A stretch of DNA of 23,851 nt from positions 1 to 23,851 of the forward strand of contig CBFGJN010000025.1 of the NCBI GenBank assembly GCA_965649115.1, in the 5' to 3' direction. Under the pieces are notes generated by a model. The model had not been told where the DNA came from. It was given only the letters and a program-made list of their open reading frames with translations, and ran no database searches. The position numbers and the translations under genes are program-made. Source of the stretch: a candidate division WOR-3 bacterium. Lineage in GTDB: Bacteria; Hydrothermota; Hydrothermia; LBFQ01; DSFT01. Each line of letters opens with the position of its first letter. The first letter of the stretch is position 1. Positions 1 to 10,570 of the stretch are shown here, one piece after another.

Positions 1-98
1 TAGCCGAAAAATGGGTATTTATAAGGCGAAGCCTTATTCATAGGGTGGGTGGGGAAAATATAGAAATAATCATATTTTTAGAATTACTAGACAAAGCA
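1..98 (+). mobile_element. Right half of the ~200-bp TIR/hairpin MITE-like repeat (copy A), inserted in cas5
   Basis: Colinear with 11718-11815. Contains hairpin ATAAGGC-GAA-GCCTTAT and GGGTGGGTGGGG, and ends in the right TIR TTACTAGACAAAGCA. Confidence 0.9.
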
Positions 99-649
99 AT
101 TTCAGTTTCTTTTAAATCTATAAAATTTAGTTTTTCAATAAAAATCCAATCTTCTGCTCTTCCAAGATGTAGTGGATAAATTCTGTTTTGAGGGTTTTCA
201 ATTGAATTTTTAATGTTTTCTAAAAAACTCCTATCTTCATGATAAAGATAAATCCACAGTTTGACATCGTTTAGGATATCAATTGAGACAGGTATTTGTC
301 CTCCAATATGCTCAATATGACCTGAAACACTTCTGTTTTCAGGATAGCCAAATCTTGAATTATGTGATTCTTTATTTAAATTTCTAAACCAAATGAATTC
401 CGTAGTTTTACTTTCAAATGTTCCACATATAGAAATTTTTATTTTTTTAAGCTTGTGATAATCGCAATTACAATTTTGATTTTCGCAAGGTTCTCCATCA
501 TTTTTATAATTTCTTATTCCAAGAACATTACATAAAAGTCCAATTACAGTTGAATATGGTGGGATTGGATAAGTGTGTCTTCTTTGATATGTAAATGGAA
601 TTCTATAATGGGCTTGTGGTTGATAGATTTTGAGTTTTAAAACTTTCAT
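38..649 (-). CDS. cas5: Type I-B CRISPR-associated Cas5, C-terminus replaced by repeat-derived sequence (probably disrupted)
   Basis: N-terminal AHYRIP..TYPIPPYSTVIGLL motif and LHLGRAED glycine loop. SD GGAGG upstream. The last ~19 codons (ALSSNSK...PPTL) are read from the repeat. Confidence 0.9.
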   Translation of the reverse strand: MKVLKLKIYQPQAHYRIPFTYQRRHTYPIPPYSTVIGLLCNVLGIRNYKNDGEPCENQNCNCDYHKLKKIKISICGTFESKTTEFIWFRNLNKESHNSRFGYPENRSVSGHIEHIGGQIPVSIDILNDVKLWIYLYHEDRSFLENIKNSIENPQNRIYPLHLGRAEDWIFIEKLNFIDLKETEIALSSNSKNMIISIFSPPTL

Positions 650-669
650 ATCAAATCCTCCCTAGCTCT

Positions 670-1194
670 TTAATAAATTCCCACCCATTCTCTTTTAACC
701 TTTTCAATAATTTCAAGTGTCTTATCATCAAGAGAAGGATAATCTTCAATAGATAAAATCGCTCCAAGATAAATTTCAAAACTTTGACTGGGAAACTTTT
801 TCTCAAAGTCCCTTTTTACCTTTTCTTTTTTCCATCTGTATTTTTCATACAGGAAAGAAAAGTCAATTACATCTTTTGGCTCAATTCTTCTGCCAGATGC
901 ATAAATTTTATTCAGGAAAATATCATAATCAGAATCAATTTTTATACCTTCAAAATTTTCAATTGGATTTATGTTTTTGAACGGAAAGAGAATAAAGGAA
1001 ACTTTTACATCTTCCTTCTGGACATCAAAAATTTTTCTTACTTTTGCTGATAGCCGTGTAAAAGAAAATTCTTTTTGTGAGAAAAAGTCAAGGTCTTCAC
1101 TTTTCCTGTGATTGTATTTGAACATCAGAGCGGTTCCACCAGTAAGATAAAAATTTTTAAAATGTTTTTGAATTTCTTTTGCAAGTTTTTTCAT
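670..1194 (-). CDS. abiEii: AbiEii-like nucleotidyltransferase (type IV TA toxin-like), copy 2
   Basis: FYLTGGTAL...HRKSEDLDFF and K..A...R...KD..D motifs. Start placed at ATG 1194 because it overlaps the upstream stop as ATGA; the ORF track extends it to 1230. Confidence 0.8.
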   Translation of the reverse strand: MKKLAKEIQKHFKNFYLTGGTALMFKYNHRKSEDLDFFSQKEFSFTRLSAKVRKIFDVQKEDVKVSFILFPFKNINPIENFEGIKIDSDYDIFLNKIYASGRRIEPKDVIDFSFLYEKYRWKKEKVKRDFEKKFPSQSFEIYLGAILSIEDYPSLDDKTLEIIEKVKREWVGIY

Positions 1195-1472
1195 TCTTTC
1201 AAACCTTTCTCTTTCCATAGCTTTATCCAAAATTTTACACCTCTTTTTATTTCAGGGTAAGTGAAAACAACATAATATGTTTCAGATGGAAATTTCTTAT
1301 AAAGCCATTTTATCTCTTCAAAGTTTCCATATTGTAAAATTCTCAAAATGAACTTTTCAAGATATGTTTTTCCATTAGGACAGTCCCAAAAGTAAATTTT
1401 TAATTTTTTGGGGATTTTAATTTCTTCTAAATAAATCGGCTTTATTCGTTTTGTTTGACCTTTTATTTTCAT
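1191..1472 (-). CDS. Small DUF6922-like protein, putative antitoxin partner of AbiEii copy 2
   Basis: YFWD...FILRILQYGNFEEIKWL pattern and final FW motif. Lies directly upstream of, and coupled to, the nucleotidyltransferase. ATG at 1472 is 1 nt after the previous stop. Confidence 0.65.
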   Translation of the reverse strand: MKIKGQTKRIKPIYLEEIKIPKKLKIYFWDCPNGKTYLEKFILRILQYGNFEEIKWLYKKFPSETYYVVFTYPEIKRGVKFWIKLWKEKGLKE

Positions 1473-1473
1473 C

Positions 1474-2053
1474 TTAATCAAACTTTCCGAAGTTTTTTAT
1501 AAAAAATTTTTTTATTTCGTTCCAGCTTATCTGCTTTATCATTTTTAGTTCTCCTTCTTTGTCAGCATCCTCAAAAAAGGTAAAAGCTTTGTGTATAATA
1601 AGTGAATTTATTTTTCCGTATTTTTTTGAGAACAATTCAATCAACTGCTGGGGTTTTATTTTCAGTTCGTTCATAATAAAATAAGCATCTACAAAATCCT
1701 TTTTACTTCCTCTTTGAATGATTACAAGAGTTTTCATACACAGAATATCTTCAAGTGAAGCAATTTTTATTATGTCAAAAACTGATAGTGGTTTTAAAAG
1801 TTCATAAGGATAATAAAAGAACGAAAATTTTATTTCATCAATTTCAAGATGTATAGTATCTCTTGAAAGGAAAAGAATTTTAAAGTTCTCAAAAATTTTT
1901 TTGAAATCTCTAAAATCAAAACTTTTTTTGGTGAAAAAATCAAGATCTATTGATTCTCTATGTTTGAGATAATAATAAACAGCTGTTCCTCCTGCTAGAT
2001 AAAATTCACCCTCATCTATGAAATTTTTTATTTTTTCAATTGCTGATTTATGC

Positions 2054-2070
<17 letters not shown>
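1474..2070 (-). CDS. abiEii: AbiEii-like nucleotidyltransferase (type IV TA toxin-like), copy 1
   Basis: FYLAGGTAV...HRESIDLDFF and MK...I.QRG.KKDFVD motifs. Confidence 0.85.
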
Positions 2071-3941
<1,871 letters not shown>

Positions 3942-3951
<10 letters not shown>

Positions 3952-4169
3952 GTTAAAACCTCCTTTTTAGTTTTTTCATTTATTAAAGTGTAAAGTCTAA
4001 AAGCTTTTTGAGAATATGAAACTAAATTCCTTTTGTTCCTTTCAAGTTTTATATTTTCATTTATGAAATCTTTCTCGTGTTTCCCCCTTTCATTTTTTGA
4101 TTTTATTGCTATTCTAAAAATTCTTTCTGAAAACTCCAAAATTTCTTTAAATTTTCCATCAAGAACCAT
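3942..4169 (-). pseudogene. Orphan duplicate of the cas8 3' end (75 codons)
   Basis: MVLDGKF.EIL.F.ER.FRIAIK.KNERGKHEKDFINEN.KL aligns with the last 73 aa of 5922-7070. Confidence 0.88.
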
Positions 4170-4175
4170 ATTTAA
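3955..4175. repeat. Diverged direct repeat (~220 bp) flanking the R-M cassette, copy at lower coordinates
   Basis: Shares blocks such as AATTTTCCATCAAGAACCATATTTAA and ATTTTCATTTATGAAATCTTT with 5929-6149. Confidence 0.9.
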
Positions 4176-5071
4176 CCCTCAATTTTTAATAGTAGATCTT
4201 GCTCTCCACTCATGATTTTATCTCCCTTCTTCGGTTCGAAGTTTAGTACTAATGCTTCTATTATTGGATGCCTATTTATTTCTCTACCACCGACATAGTA
4301 GAAATGATTTCTTGTAATTATATTAAATTCTCTCCAAAACCTTTTGAGATATAGATTTTCTCTGTATTTATTTTTGTACCAAGTGGAGAGAATAAATTTA
4401 CCATCAAATCGGGAAAGCAATTTATATAGGTCATATTCGTCATTTTCTGTCCAAATATCAAAATAGTTAGTATGTCTCCCTATGTAAGGTGGGTCGCAGT
4501 AAAGAACATCGTATTGTTTCGCTTCCGTTATGGTTTTTCTGAAATCCTGTGTGATAAATATCCAATAATATCTGTTTATACATTCTTCTAAATATCTAAC
4601 TTGATTGACTATTTTTGTTATGTATGCTTTCTTGAATCTATCTGGTTTCTTTCCAAATGGTGTATTAAATTCTCCTTTGCTATTGAACCTTATTATACCA
4701 TTGAAACAAGATCTATTAAGAAAAAGAAAATCTAATGGGTCTTGGTACTTATTAAATCTATCTCTGACTTCATAATAATACTCTTCTCCTTTTTTGAGTA
4801 AATTTTGCCCCTCAACCTTCAAAAACATTTCCACTTTTTTAGAATTAATTTCTTTTCTTTTAATGGCATTGTAGAAATTAATTATATGCGGGTTTTTGTC
4901 TGCAAAAATTGCTCGTTTAGGTCGGAGGTTAAATCCAACTACTCCTGAACCCATAAACGGCTCTATCCAATTTCCTTTTATTTCAAAATTTATTTGCTCT
5001 ATAATCCACTCCACCAACTTTGTTTTTATTCCTTGAATTTTTATCGGTGGAACAAATATCCTTTTTTTCAT
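4172..5071 (-). CDS. Dam/D12-class N6-adenine DNA methyltransferase, M.EcoRV-like
   Basis: VPPIKIQGIKTKLV, EPFMGSGVV (motif I), LFLNRSCFNG and YCDPPY (motif IV) closely resemble M.EcoRV. ATG overlaps the endonuclease stop (TGATG). Confidence 0.93.
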   Translation of the reverse strand: MKKRIFVPPIKIQGIKTKLVEWIIEQINFEIKGNWIEPFMGSGVVGFNLRPKRAIFADKNPHIINFYNAIKRKEINSKKVEMFLKVEGQNLLKKGEEYYYEVRDRFNKYQDPLDFLFLNRSCFNGIIRFNSKGEFNTPFGKKPDRFKKAYITKIVNQVRYLEECINRYYWIFITQDFRKTITEAKQYDVLYCDPPYIGRHTNYFDIWTENDEYDLYKLLSRFDGKFILSTWYKNKYRENLYLKRFWREFNIITRNHFYYVGGREINRHPIIEALVLNFEPKKGDKIMSGEQDLLLKIEG

Positions 5072-5925
5072 CAAACCTTCTTCCTTTTTATTTTATTAAT
5101 ATCTACACCTTTAAATCTCAAAAATTCCTCTAAAGAAGCTATTTTCTTCGTTTTACCTTTATTATCTTTTATTTTAATTTTGCCATAGTTCATCCAATAC
5201 TCATCAAACCATTTTTCACCGTTTTCTCCAAAATATTGCCAAAATATACCTTTACCTTCCAACAATTCTTTAATTCTTTTTACACTGCCTATATTTGCAG
5301 TATTTCCACTTCCTCTTGTATCGCTAGCAATTCTCCACTTTTCCTGAGCAAAGAATATAAAATTTTTAATTACCGATGGTATGTTCTCTAACTCTTTAAG
5401 TTTATACTTTTTATAAGTTTCCGTATTGTAGTTCCTTTCGTATAAGACTCCCAACACATAATGTCCCAGATATTCGTTATAAGGAAACTGTATGTTCTTT
5501 TTACTTTGTCTGTCTATGAAGTATGTCCCGTGAGAACCAAGAGTAAAACCATTACATTCATAAGGCTTTCCGTTTTTGTATTCTGTAATGTAGGTTGTTT
5601 TCAGATCCACAGCGAATTTTATTTGCTCATCTTTTTTAGAGACGAATGTTATGTCAGGATACCAATTTTGCTTATCTACAAGAATCATTTTGTATCCATG
5701 CTTATCAGCAAATTCCAAAAACTTATGTAATAGATGAATTTCTATAACCTTTGAAATAAGCTTTGTATCGTTAGTAATAGTATAAATGTTTTGAAAAACG
5801 TCAATAAAGCCTTTTATAACCCATTGATTATCTTGTGTAGAAACATATTTATTTAAATTCTTAGCAAACAATTGAAGTTGTTCTAAAAATTTCTTTTTTA
5901 ACTTCTCTTTATTCTTAATGTTCAT
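5071..5925 (-). CDS. Type II restriction endonuclease, EcoRV-like (predicted GATATC)
   Basis: DTK.IS...E, YPD...AVDLKTTY (PD-D/ExK), FTLG, KNI.FPY and GSGNTANIGS, which matches the EcoRV recognition loop GSGNTTNIGS. Confidence 0.92.
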   Translation of the reverse strand: MNIKNKEKLKKKFLEQLQLFAKNLNKYVSTQDNQWVIKGFIDVFQNIYTITNDTKLISKVIEIHLLHKFLEFADKHGYKMILVDKQNWYPDITFVSKKDEQIKFAVDLKTTYITEYKNGKPYECNGFTLGSHGTYFIDRQSKKNIQFPYNEYLGHYVLGVLYERNYNTETYKKYKLKELENIPSVIKNFIFFAQEKWRIASDTRGSGNTANIGSVKRIKELLEGKGIFWQYFGENGEKWFDEYWMNYGKIKIKDNKGKTKKIASLEEFLRFKGVDINKIKRKKV

Positions 5926-7070
5926 ATCAAAACCTTCATTTTTACTTTCTCCTCAATCAAAGCATAAAGTTTAAAGAGCTTTTGAGAAAAAGAAATTAAA
6001 TCTTCTTTATTCTTTTTAAGTTTTACATTTTCATTTATGAAATCTTTTTCGTGTTTTCCCCTTTCATTTTTTAATTTTATTGCTATTCTAAAAACTCTTT
6101 CCCCAAATTTCAAAATCTCATTGAATTTTCCATCAAGAACCATATTTAAAATTTTAAGCTCCCCAATTTCATTCAATAAAGAAGCAATATTTCTATCAGA
6201 TAGAACATCTATAACTTCATAGGGCAGTGAAAAGAAATCAATTTTATCTTTATATTTCACAATAACTTCTATATTCATTTTTGTCCAATTTGACAGTTGA
6301 GGTTGAAGACGAGAAGATATTTCAATTAGAGATATTCCAAGAATTTCTCTTATTTCCTTCGTTTTTTGTTTTCCATATAGAGTTCTTGCATATTTGTTAA
6401 GATACCACATAATTTTGAAAGAAGGGGCATTTATGAAAATTTCGGAATTGTCGGAGAGTTTAATTAAACCAAGATGATAATTTAGTAATATAAAAGAGCA
6501 GAAATCACATATATTTAAACTTGAAGAATTACCTAAATTCCAAAATGAATTTGGAACTTCGCCAAATGAAGCACCAATAATTTTATTGTGTTCTGATGTA
6601 AATTTGTTTTTATGAGAAAAATTATAATTTGATGTTAAGCAAAAGGAACACTTTATAAAAGAATTTTGATTAGAATTTAACATATTTTTTATAAAATTTG
6701 AGAATTGTTCAATAAGAGCAGGACTTTTTTTGCTTGGTTGAAATAGATAAACAGTATTAGCATTAAAAAATCCTCTGTAATATGTATTAAATAATTTACC
6801 CCAAACTTTCTTAATTTTTTCTTCATCAGAATTTGCTTTTTCACTAACAATTTCATTAAAATTAAAAATCAAATAATTATGAGCCAATTTTAAAATTTCG
6901 TAATTATTTACCTTATTAACTTCACTTAAAAATTTTTTGCTAAAATCAATAATATTCACACTTCCATCATCTTTCAAAAAATTCTCAACATTTTCCCCAG
7001 CACTTTCCAAAACTCTTAAAAATCCAATAACACCAGCATTATAAAGCCAATTAGAAGGATACAAAATCAT
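5922..7070 (-). CDS. cas8b: Type I-B large subunit Cas8 (Cst1, CXXC-CXXC family)
   Basis: N-terminal LYPSNWLYNAGVIGFLRVL and two CxxC motifs (CSFC, CDFC) around PNSFWN. First gene of the cas7/cas5 operon. Confidence 0.85.
   Translation of the reverse strand: MILYPSNWLYNAGVIGFLRVLESAGENVENFLKDDGSVNIIDFSKKFLSEVNKVNNYEILKLAHNYLIFNFNEIVSEKANSDEEKIKKVWGKLFNTYYRGFFNANTVYLFQPSKKSPALIEQFSNFIKNMLNSNQNSFIKCSFCLTSNYNFSHKNKFTSEHNKIIGASFGEVPNSFWNLGNSSSLNICDFCSFILLNYHLGLIKLSDNSEIFINAPSFKIMWYLNKYARTLYGKQKTKEIREILGISLIEISSRLQPQLSNWTKMNIEVIVKYKDKIDFFSLPYEVIDVLSDRNIASLLNEIGELKILNMVLDGKFNEILKFGERVFRIAIKLKNERGKHEKDFINENVKLKKNKEDLISFSQKLFKLYALIEEKVKMKVLI
5929..6149. repeat. Diverged direct repeat (~220 bp), the copy forming the 3' end of the intact cas8
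   Basis: Aligns with 3955-4175. Confidence 0.9.
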
Positions 7071-7072
7071 TT

Positions 7073-7091
7073 ACTTTAAAATTTTAAAGCT
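7073..7091. promoter_or_regulatory. Palindromic CTTTAAAATTTTAAAG, probable overlapping divergent -10 elements for cas8 and V-ATPase D
   Basis: Only 21 bp lie between two divergent ATGs. TAAAAT is present on both strands with no SD. The identical 21-mer CTTTAAAATTTTAAAGCTATG occurs at 18663-18683. Confidence 0.6.
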
Positions 7092-7730
7092 ATGCAACAG
7101 ATAAGTCCAACACGAATGAATCTTTTAAATTTAAGAAGGCAAATTCAGATGGCAATTCAAGGTGCTAATTTATTAAAAAATAAAAGAGATGCTCTTATGA
7201 ATGAATTTAGAAAACTTATTACAATTATTGTAAAGGAAAGAAAAGTTCTTGAAGAAGAATTAAGAAGAAGTATAAATATGTTAATAATAACAATAGGAAT
7301 TGACGGAAAGGAAGCACTTGAATCAATAGCTTTAAGTTCAGGTAGAAAACTTGAAATTGAAATGATTCCTAAAAAAGCTTGGGGTGTTAAAGTTACAGAA
7401 TTTAAATATGGTGATATTATTAAAAGTGCTTTAAAAAGGGGATTTTCTCCAATAAGTATTACTTCAAGAGTTCAATTAACTGCAAGCTCATTTGAAAGGA
7501 CTATAGATGGAATTTTAAAAGTTGTTCCATTAGAGTATAAATTAAGAAAGTTTGGAGAAGAAATAAGAAAAACGAATAGAAGAGTTAATGCTCTTGAACA
7601 AAAACTTATACCTGAGATGAGAGAACAAGCAAAATTTATAAGACAAGTTCTTGAAGATAGAGAAAGAGAAGATAAATTTAGATTGAAAATTTTAAAGAAG
7701 AAAGCTGAAAAGAAAAAAGAAGGTGAATGA
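7092..7730 (+). CDS. atpD: V/A-type ATP synthase subunit D
   Basis: PTRMNL...LLKNKRDALM and EIRKTNRRVNALEQ...P...LEDRERE motifs. Confidence 0.95.
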   Translation: MQQISPTRMNLLNLRRQIQMAIQGANLLKNKRDALMNEFRKLITIIVKERKVLEEELRRSINMLIITIGIDGKEALESIALSSGRKLEIEMIPKKAWGVKVTEFKYGDIIKSALKRGFSPISITSRVQLTASSFERTIDGILKVVPLEYKLRKFGEEIRKTNRRVNALEQKLIPEMREQAKFIRQVLEDREREDKFRLKILKKKAEKKKEGE

Positions 7731-8520
7731 TCTTATAATAACGAGAAAGTTTCATTTTTCAGCAAGTCATAGATATTATTTAAAAAATTTAACTTATGAA
7801 GAAAATTTAAAGCTATTTGGTAAGACAATTTTTGAACATGGTCATAATTACAACGTTTTTATATCAATTAAAGGGAAAATGAATGAAGAAACTCAAATGG
7901 TCATAAATATATCTCAAATAAAAGAAATTGTAAATGAAGTTATTGATGAGTTTTATGACCATAAAAATCTAAATTTAGATAACCCATTTTTTAAGGAAAA
8001 ATTGCCTTCAACTGAAAATATATCAATTTCTTTTTGGCACTTTTTAAATGATAAATTAAAACTATATCAAGTCAAAACATATGAAAATGAGGAGATTTTT
8101 AGTATATATAAAGGAGGTTCTAATGTGATACTTGGAAGAGTTTATAAGTTTTCCTGTGGTCATAAATTATACAATCCTAAACTTTCAAGAGAAGAAAATT
8201 TTAAGTTATATGGAAAGTGTTCAAATGAAAATGGACATGGTCATGAATATAAACTTGAAATTTATATTGAAGGTGAAGTTGATAAAGAGACAGGATTTGT
8301 AATGAATTTAAATGAGCTTGATAAAATCGTTCTTGAAGCTTTACAAGAGATTGACCATAAATTTTTAAATTATGATGTTGATTTCTTTAAAGATAAATTA
8401 CCCACAACAGAAAATTTATTATTATTTTTGAAAATGAAATTAAAACCAAAATTAAAAAATCTTAAAAAGTTAAGAATTTTTGAAACTGAAAATAATATAT
8501 TTGAAATTGAATGCGAATAA
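7723..8520 (+). CDS. queD: Tandem two-domain 6-pyruvoyl/6-carboxy-tetrahydropterin synthase (COG0720, QueD/PTPS)
   Basis: Two repeats of F...H.....HGH.Y...DHK.LN.D...P.TEN...ET. Confidence 0.85.
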   Translation: MNDLIITRKFHFSASHRYYLKNLTYEENLKLFGKTIFEHGHNYNVFISIKGKMNEETQMVINISQIKEIVNEVIDEFYDHKNLNLDNPFFKEKLPSTENISISFWHFLNDKLKLYQVKTYENEEIFSIYKGGSNVILGRVYKFSCGHKLYNPKLSREENFKLYGKCSNENGHGHEYKLEIYIEGEVDKETGFVMNLNELDKIVLEALQEIDHKFLNYDVDFFKDKLPTTENLLLFLKMKLKPKLKNLKKLRIFETENNIFEIECE

Positions 8521-8978
8521 TTGCTTTTGATATATCTATAAGAAATTTAGGAATTGCGATAACTGAAAACTTAAATTATATTTTCAGCACAACAATAAAA
8601 ACTAAAAATATTCAAACTTCAAAAAGATTAGTTTATTTATATGAAAAAAGCGAGGAAATTATTGATAAATTTAAGCCAAATTTAGCAATCCTTGAAAGTG
8701 TAGTTTATCATAGGAATGTTAAGACATTAATTTTATTATCAAGTGTTAAAGGTGTAATTCAGCTATTATTAGAAAAGAAAAATATAAAAATTTTTGAAAT
8801 TAGTCCAACTTCACTTAAATTGTCAATTTCAGGATTTGGAAAATCAAAAAAATATCAGGTTCAATTCATGACAAAAGCTATTTTCAAGCTAAATGATGAA
8901 TTAGATGAACATCAAAGTGATGCCCTTGCTTTAATTTGGACATTTTTTAATAAAAATGATTTGGGGATTAAAAGGTAA
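8511..8978 (+). CDS. ruvC: Holliday junction resolvase RuvC
   Basis: IIAFD, AILE, P..LK..ISGFGK..K.QV and DEHQSDALA motifs. Adjacent to ruvA. Confidence 0.9.
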   Translation: MRIIAFDISIRNLGIAITENLNYIFSTTIKTKNIQTSKRLVYLYEKSEEIIDKFKPNLAILESVVYHRNVKTLILLSSVKGVIQLLLEKKNIKIFEISPTSLKLSISGFGKSKKYQVQFMTKAIFKLNDELDEHQSDALALIWTFFNKNDLGIKR

Positions 8979-9528
8979 GGTTTATAAATTCTTTGGAAAT
9001 AGACTAATACTTGAAGTTTCAAATGTTTATTTAGAAATTATTGTTCCGTTTAAGTATAAAATTGAAGAAAATGCTGATATTTTTATTTGGACGCAAGTGA
9101 TATTTAATGAAAGTGGTTTTAGTTTATATGGTTTTTTGAGTGAAAGTGAAAAAATTTGGTTTAATGAATTAATTAAAATTTCAGGTATAGGACCTAATGT
9201 TGCTATTAATATAATTTCACAAATAGATTTAGATGAGTTTCAAGAGATTGTAATTAAGGAAGATTTAAAAAGTTTAACAAAACTTAAAGGTATAGGTAAA
9301 AAAATAGCAGAAAGAATAATTTTTGAAATGAAAGATAAAGTTCAGATGCTTCCATCGGAAACTTCAAAATTTACAGAGGATTTTATAACTGCTTTAAATG
9401 TTTTGTTAAGTCTTGGAGTTGATTATAATAATGCTAAAAGTTCTTTATTGTCTGTTCTAAAAGAAAAAGGAAATTTAAAAGCTGAAGAACTAATAAAGTT
9501 GGCATTAAATAAAATGAAGATAAAATAA
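8956..9528 (+). CDS. ruvA: Holliday junction branch migration protein RuvA
   Basis: LYGF...E...F..LIKISGIGP..A and L..LKGIGKK.AERI..E.KDK HhH motifs. Confidence 0.93.
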   Translation: MIWGLKGKVYKFFGNRLILEVSNVYLEIIVPFKYKIEENADIFIWTQVIFNESGFSLYGFLSESEKIWFNELIKISGIGPNVAINIISQIDLDEFQEIVIKEDLKSLTKLKGIGKKIAERIIFEMKDKVQMLPSETSKFTEDFITALNVLLSLGVDYNNAKSSLLSVLKEKGNLKAEELIKLALNKMKIK

Positions 9529-9538
9529 AATATTATAA

Positions 9539-9717
9539 GCCGGGCAAGAAATTCTAAATTACGAAATCATTAAGTTAAATTGTTGATGCCTTAATTTTAA
9601 GAGAATTATTGATTTAAAGGAGGATTTTTAAGGGTGCGTAGTTTTTAAGTTTTAGGCTTATATTCAGGGCAAGTAAAATAAGAAAAATAAATGATTTTAG
9701 AATTACTATACCTAGCA
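9539..9717 (+). repeat. Degenerate copy (B) of the ~200-bp repeat
   Basis: Contains TTTTAAGAGAATTATTGATTT, GGCTTATATTCAGGG and TTTTAGAATTACTA blocks. Ends are variant. Confidence 0.55.
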
Positions 9718-9728
9718 AACACTTTTTA

Positions 9729-9835
9729 CCTTGTCTAATAAATGGGGATCATAGGGAATTACAAGCCGAAGGCTTGATTTTAGGTTGGATGGGAAAAATA
9801 AGAAATAATCTTATTTTTGGACTCACTAACACACC
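9729..9835 (+). repeat. Internally deleted degenerate copy (C)
   Basis: Left end CCTTGTCTAATAAATGG, hairpin CAAGCC-GAA-GGCTTG, and TAGGTTGGATGGGAAAAATA. Confidence 0.65.
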
Positions 9836-9846
9836 AGGAAAATTGT

Positions 9847-10037
9847 GCTTTGTCCAATAAATGGTGTTAAATTATTGATTATCAACAACTTACAAAAATT
9901 TAAGAAAATTATAGTTTTTATGGGGGGTTTATTGCCCCCTTGCCGAAATATGGGAATTTTAAAGGCGTAGCCTTTATTCCAGGGTGGGTGGGGAAAATAT
10001 AATAAAATAATTACTTTCAGAATTATTGGACAAAGTA
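9847..10037 (+). mobile_element. Complete MITE-like element (copy D) with 10-bp target duplication GGAAAATTGT
   Basis: TIRs GCTTTGTCCAATAA / TTATTGGACAAAGT. Direct repeats at 9837-9846 and 10038-10047. Confidence 0.9.
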
Positions 10038-10095
10038 GGAAAATTGTGCTTTAAAATTTCATTCTGTTTTAGATTACGGAAAAAGGAGGTGGATA

Positions 10096-10506
10096 ATGGT
10101 AGGTTTGGAATTAGAAAAACTTAAAATAGAAAAAAATGGAAAAGGTTATGTTAAGAATTTTATTCCTTTAACTTATTTAGATCTTCCTGTTGAATTAGTT
10201 TCGGAGGATGGAAGTATTTATATGTTATGGATAAACGATTTAGAAGATAAGGAGCTTTGGTACATAGTCTTTATAAATCCAACTCAAATTCTAAAATACT
10301 TAAGAGGTGAAATATCCGTAAGAGATATAATTGAAAATGGTGAAACTTTCGTTGGAGAAAGAAACTACGAAAACTACTTTGAAATTAGAAACCTAATAGA
10401 ACTTGATTTTGCAATAAAAAATAAATTAGTTAATAAGCTACCAACTTATCAAGCTAAAATAAAATTGGATAAAACTCTCTATAATGAAATAGAATACTTA
10501 TTATGA
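10096..10506 (+). CDS. DUF6575-like protein (putative antitoxin/immunity)
   Basis: SD AGGAGGT. The Y.D.P...Y..W.....W......I..YL.G.IS.R pattern is recalled from DUF6575; not verified by search. Confidence 0.5.
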   Translation: MVGLELEKLKIEKNGKGYVKNFIPLTYLDLPVELVSEDGSIYMLWINDLEDKELWYIVFINPTQILKYLRGEISVRDIIENGETFVGERNYENYFEIRNLIELDFAIKNKLVNKLPTYQAKIKLDKTLYNEIEYLL

Positions 10507-10570
10507 ATGATTTGAAAGATATTAAAAAATTCAACAAAATAAATTTTACCTATTCAGAAAATAGTTCTAT

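Noticed and set aside
9847..10037. Assignment of the element to a named IS family or to casposons
   Set aside because: There is no transposase in the window and I cannot match the ends from memory. The cas1 here is an ordinary type I-B cas1 next to cas2.
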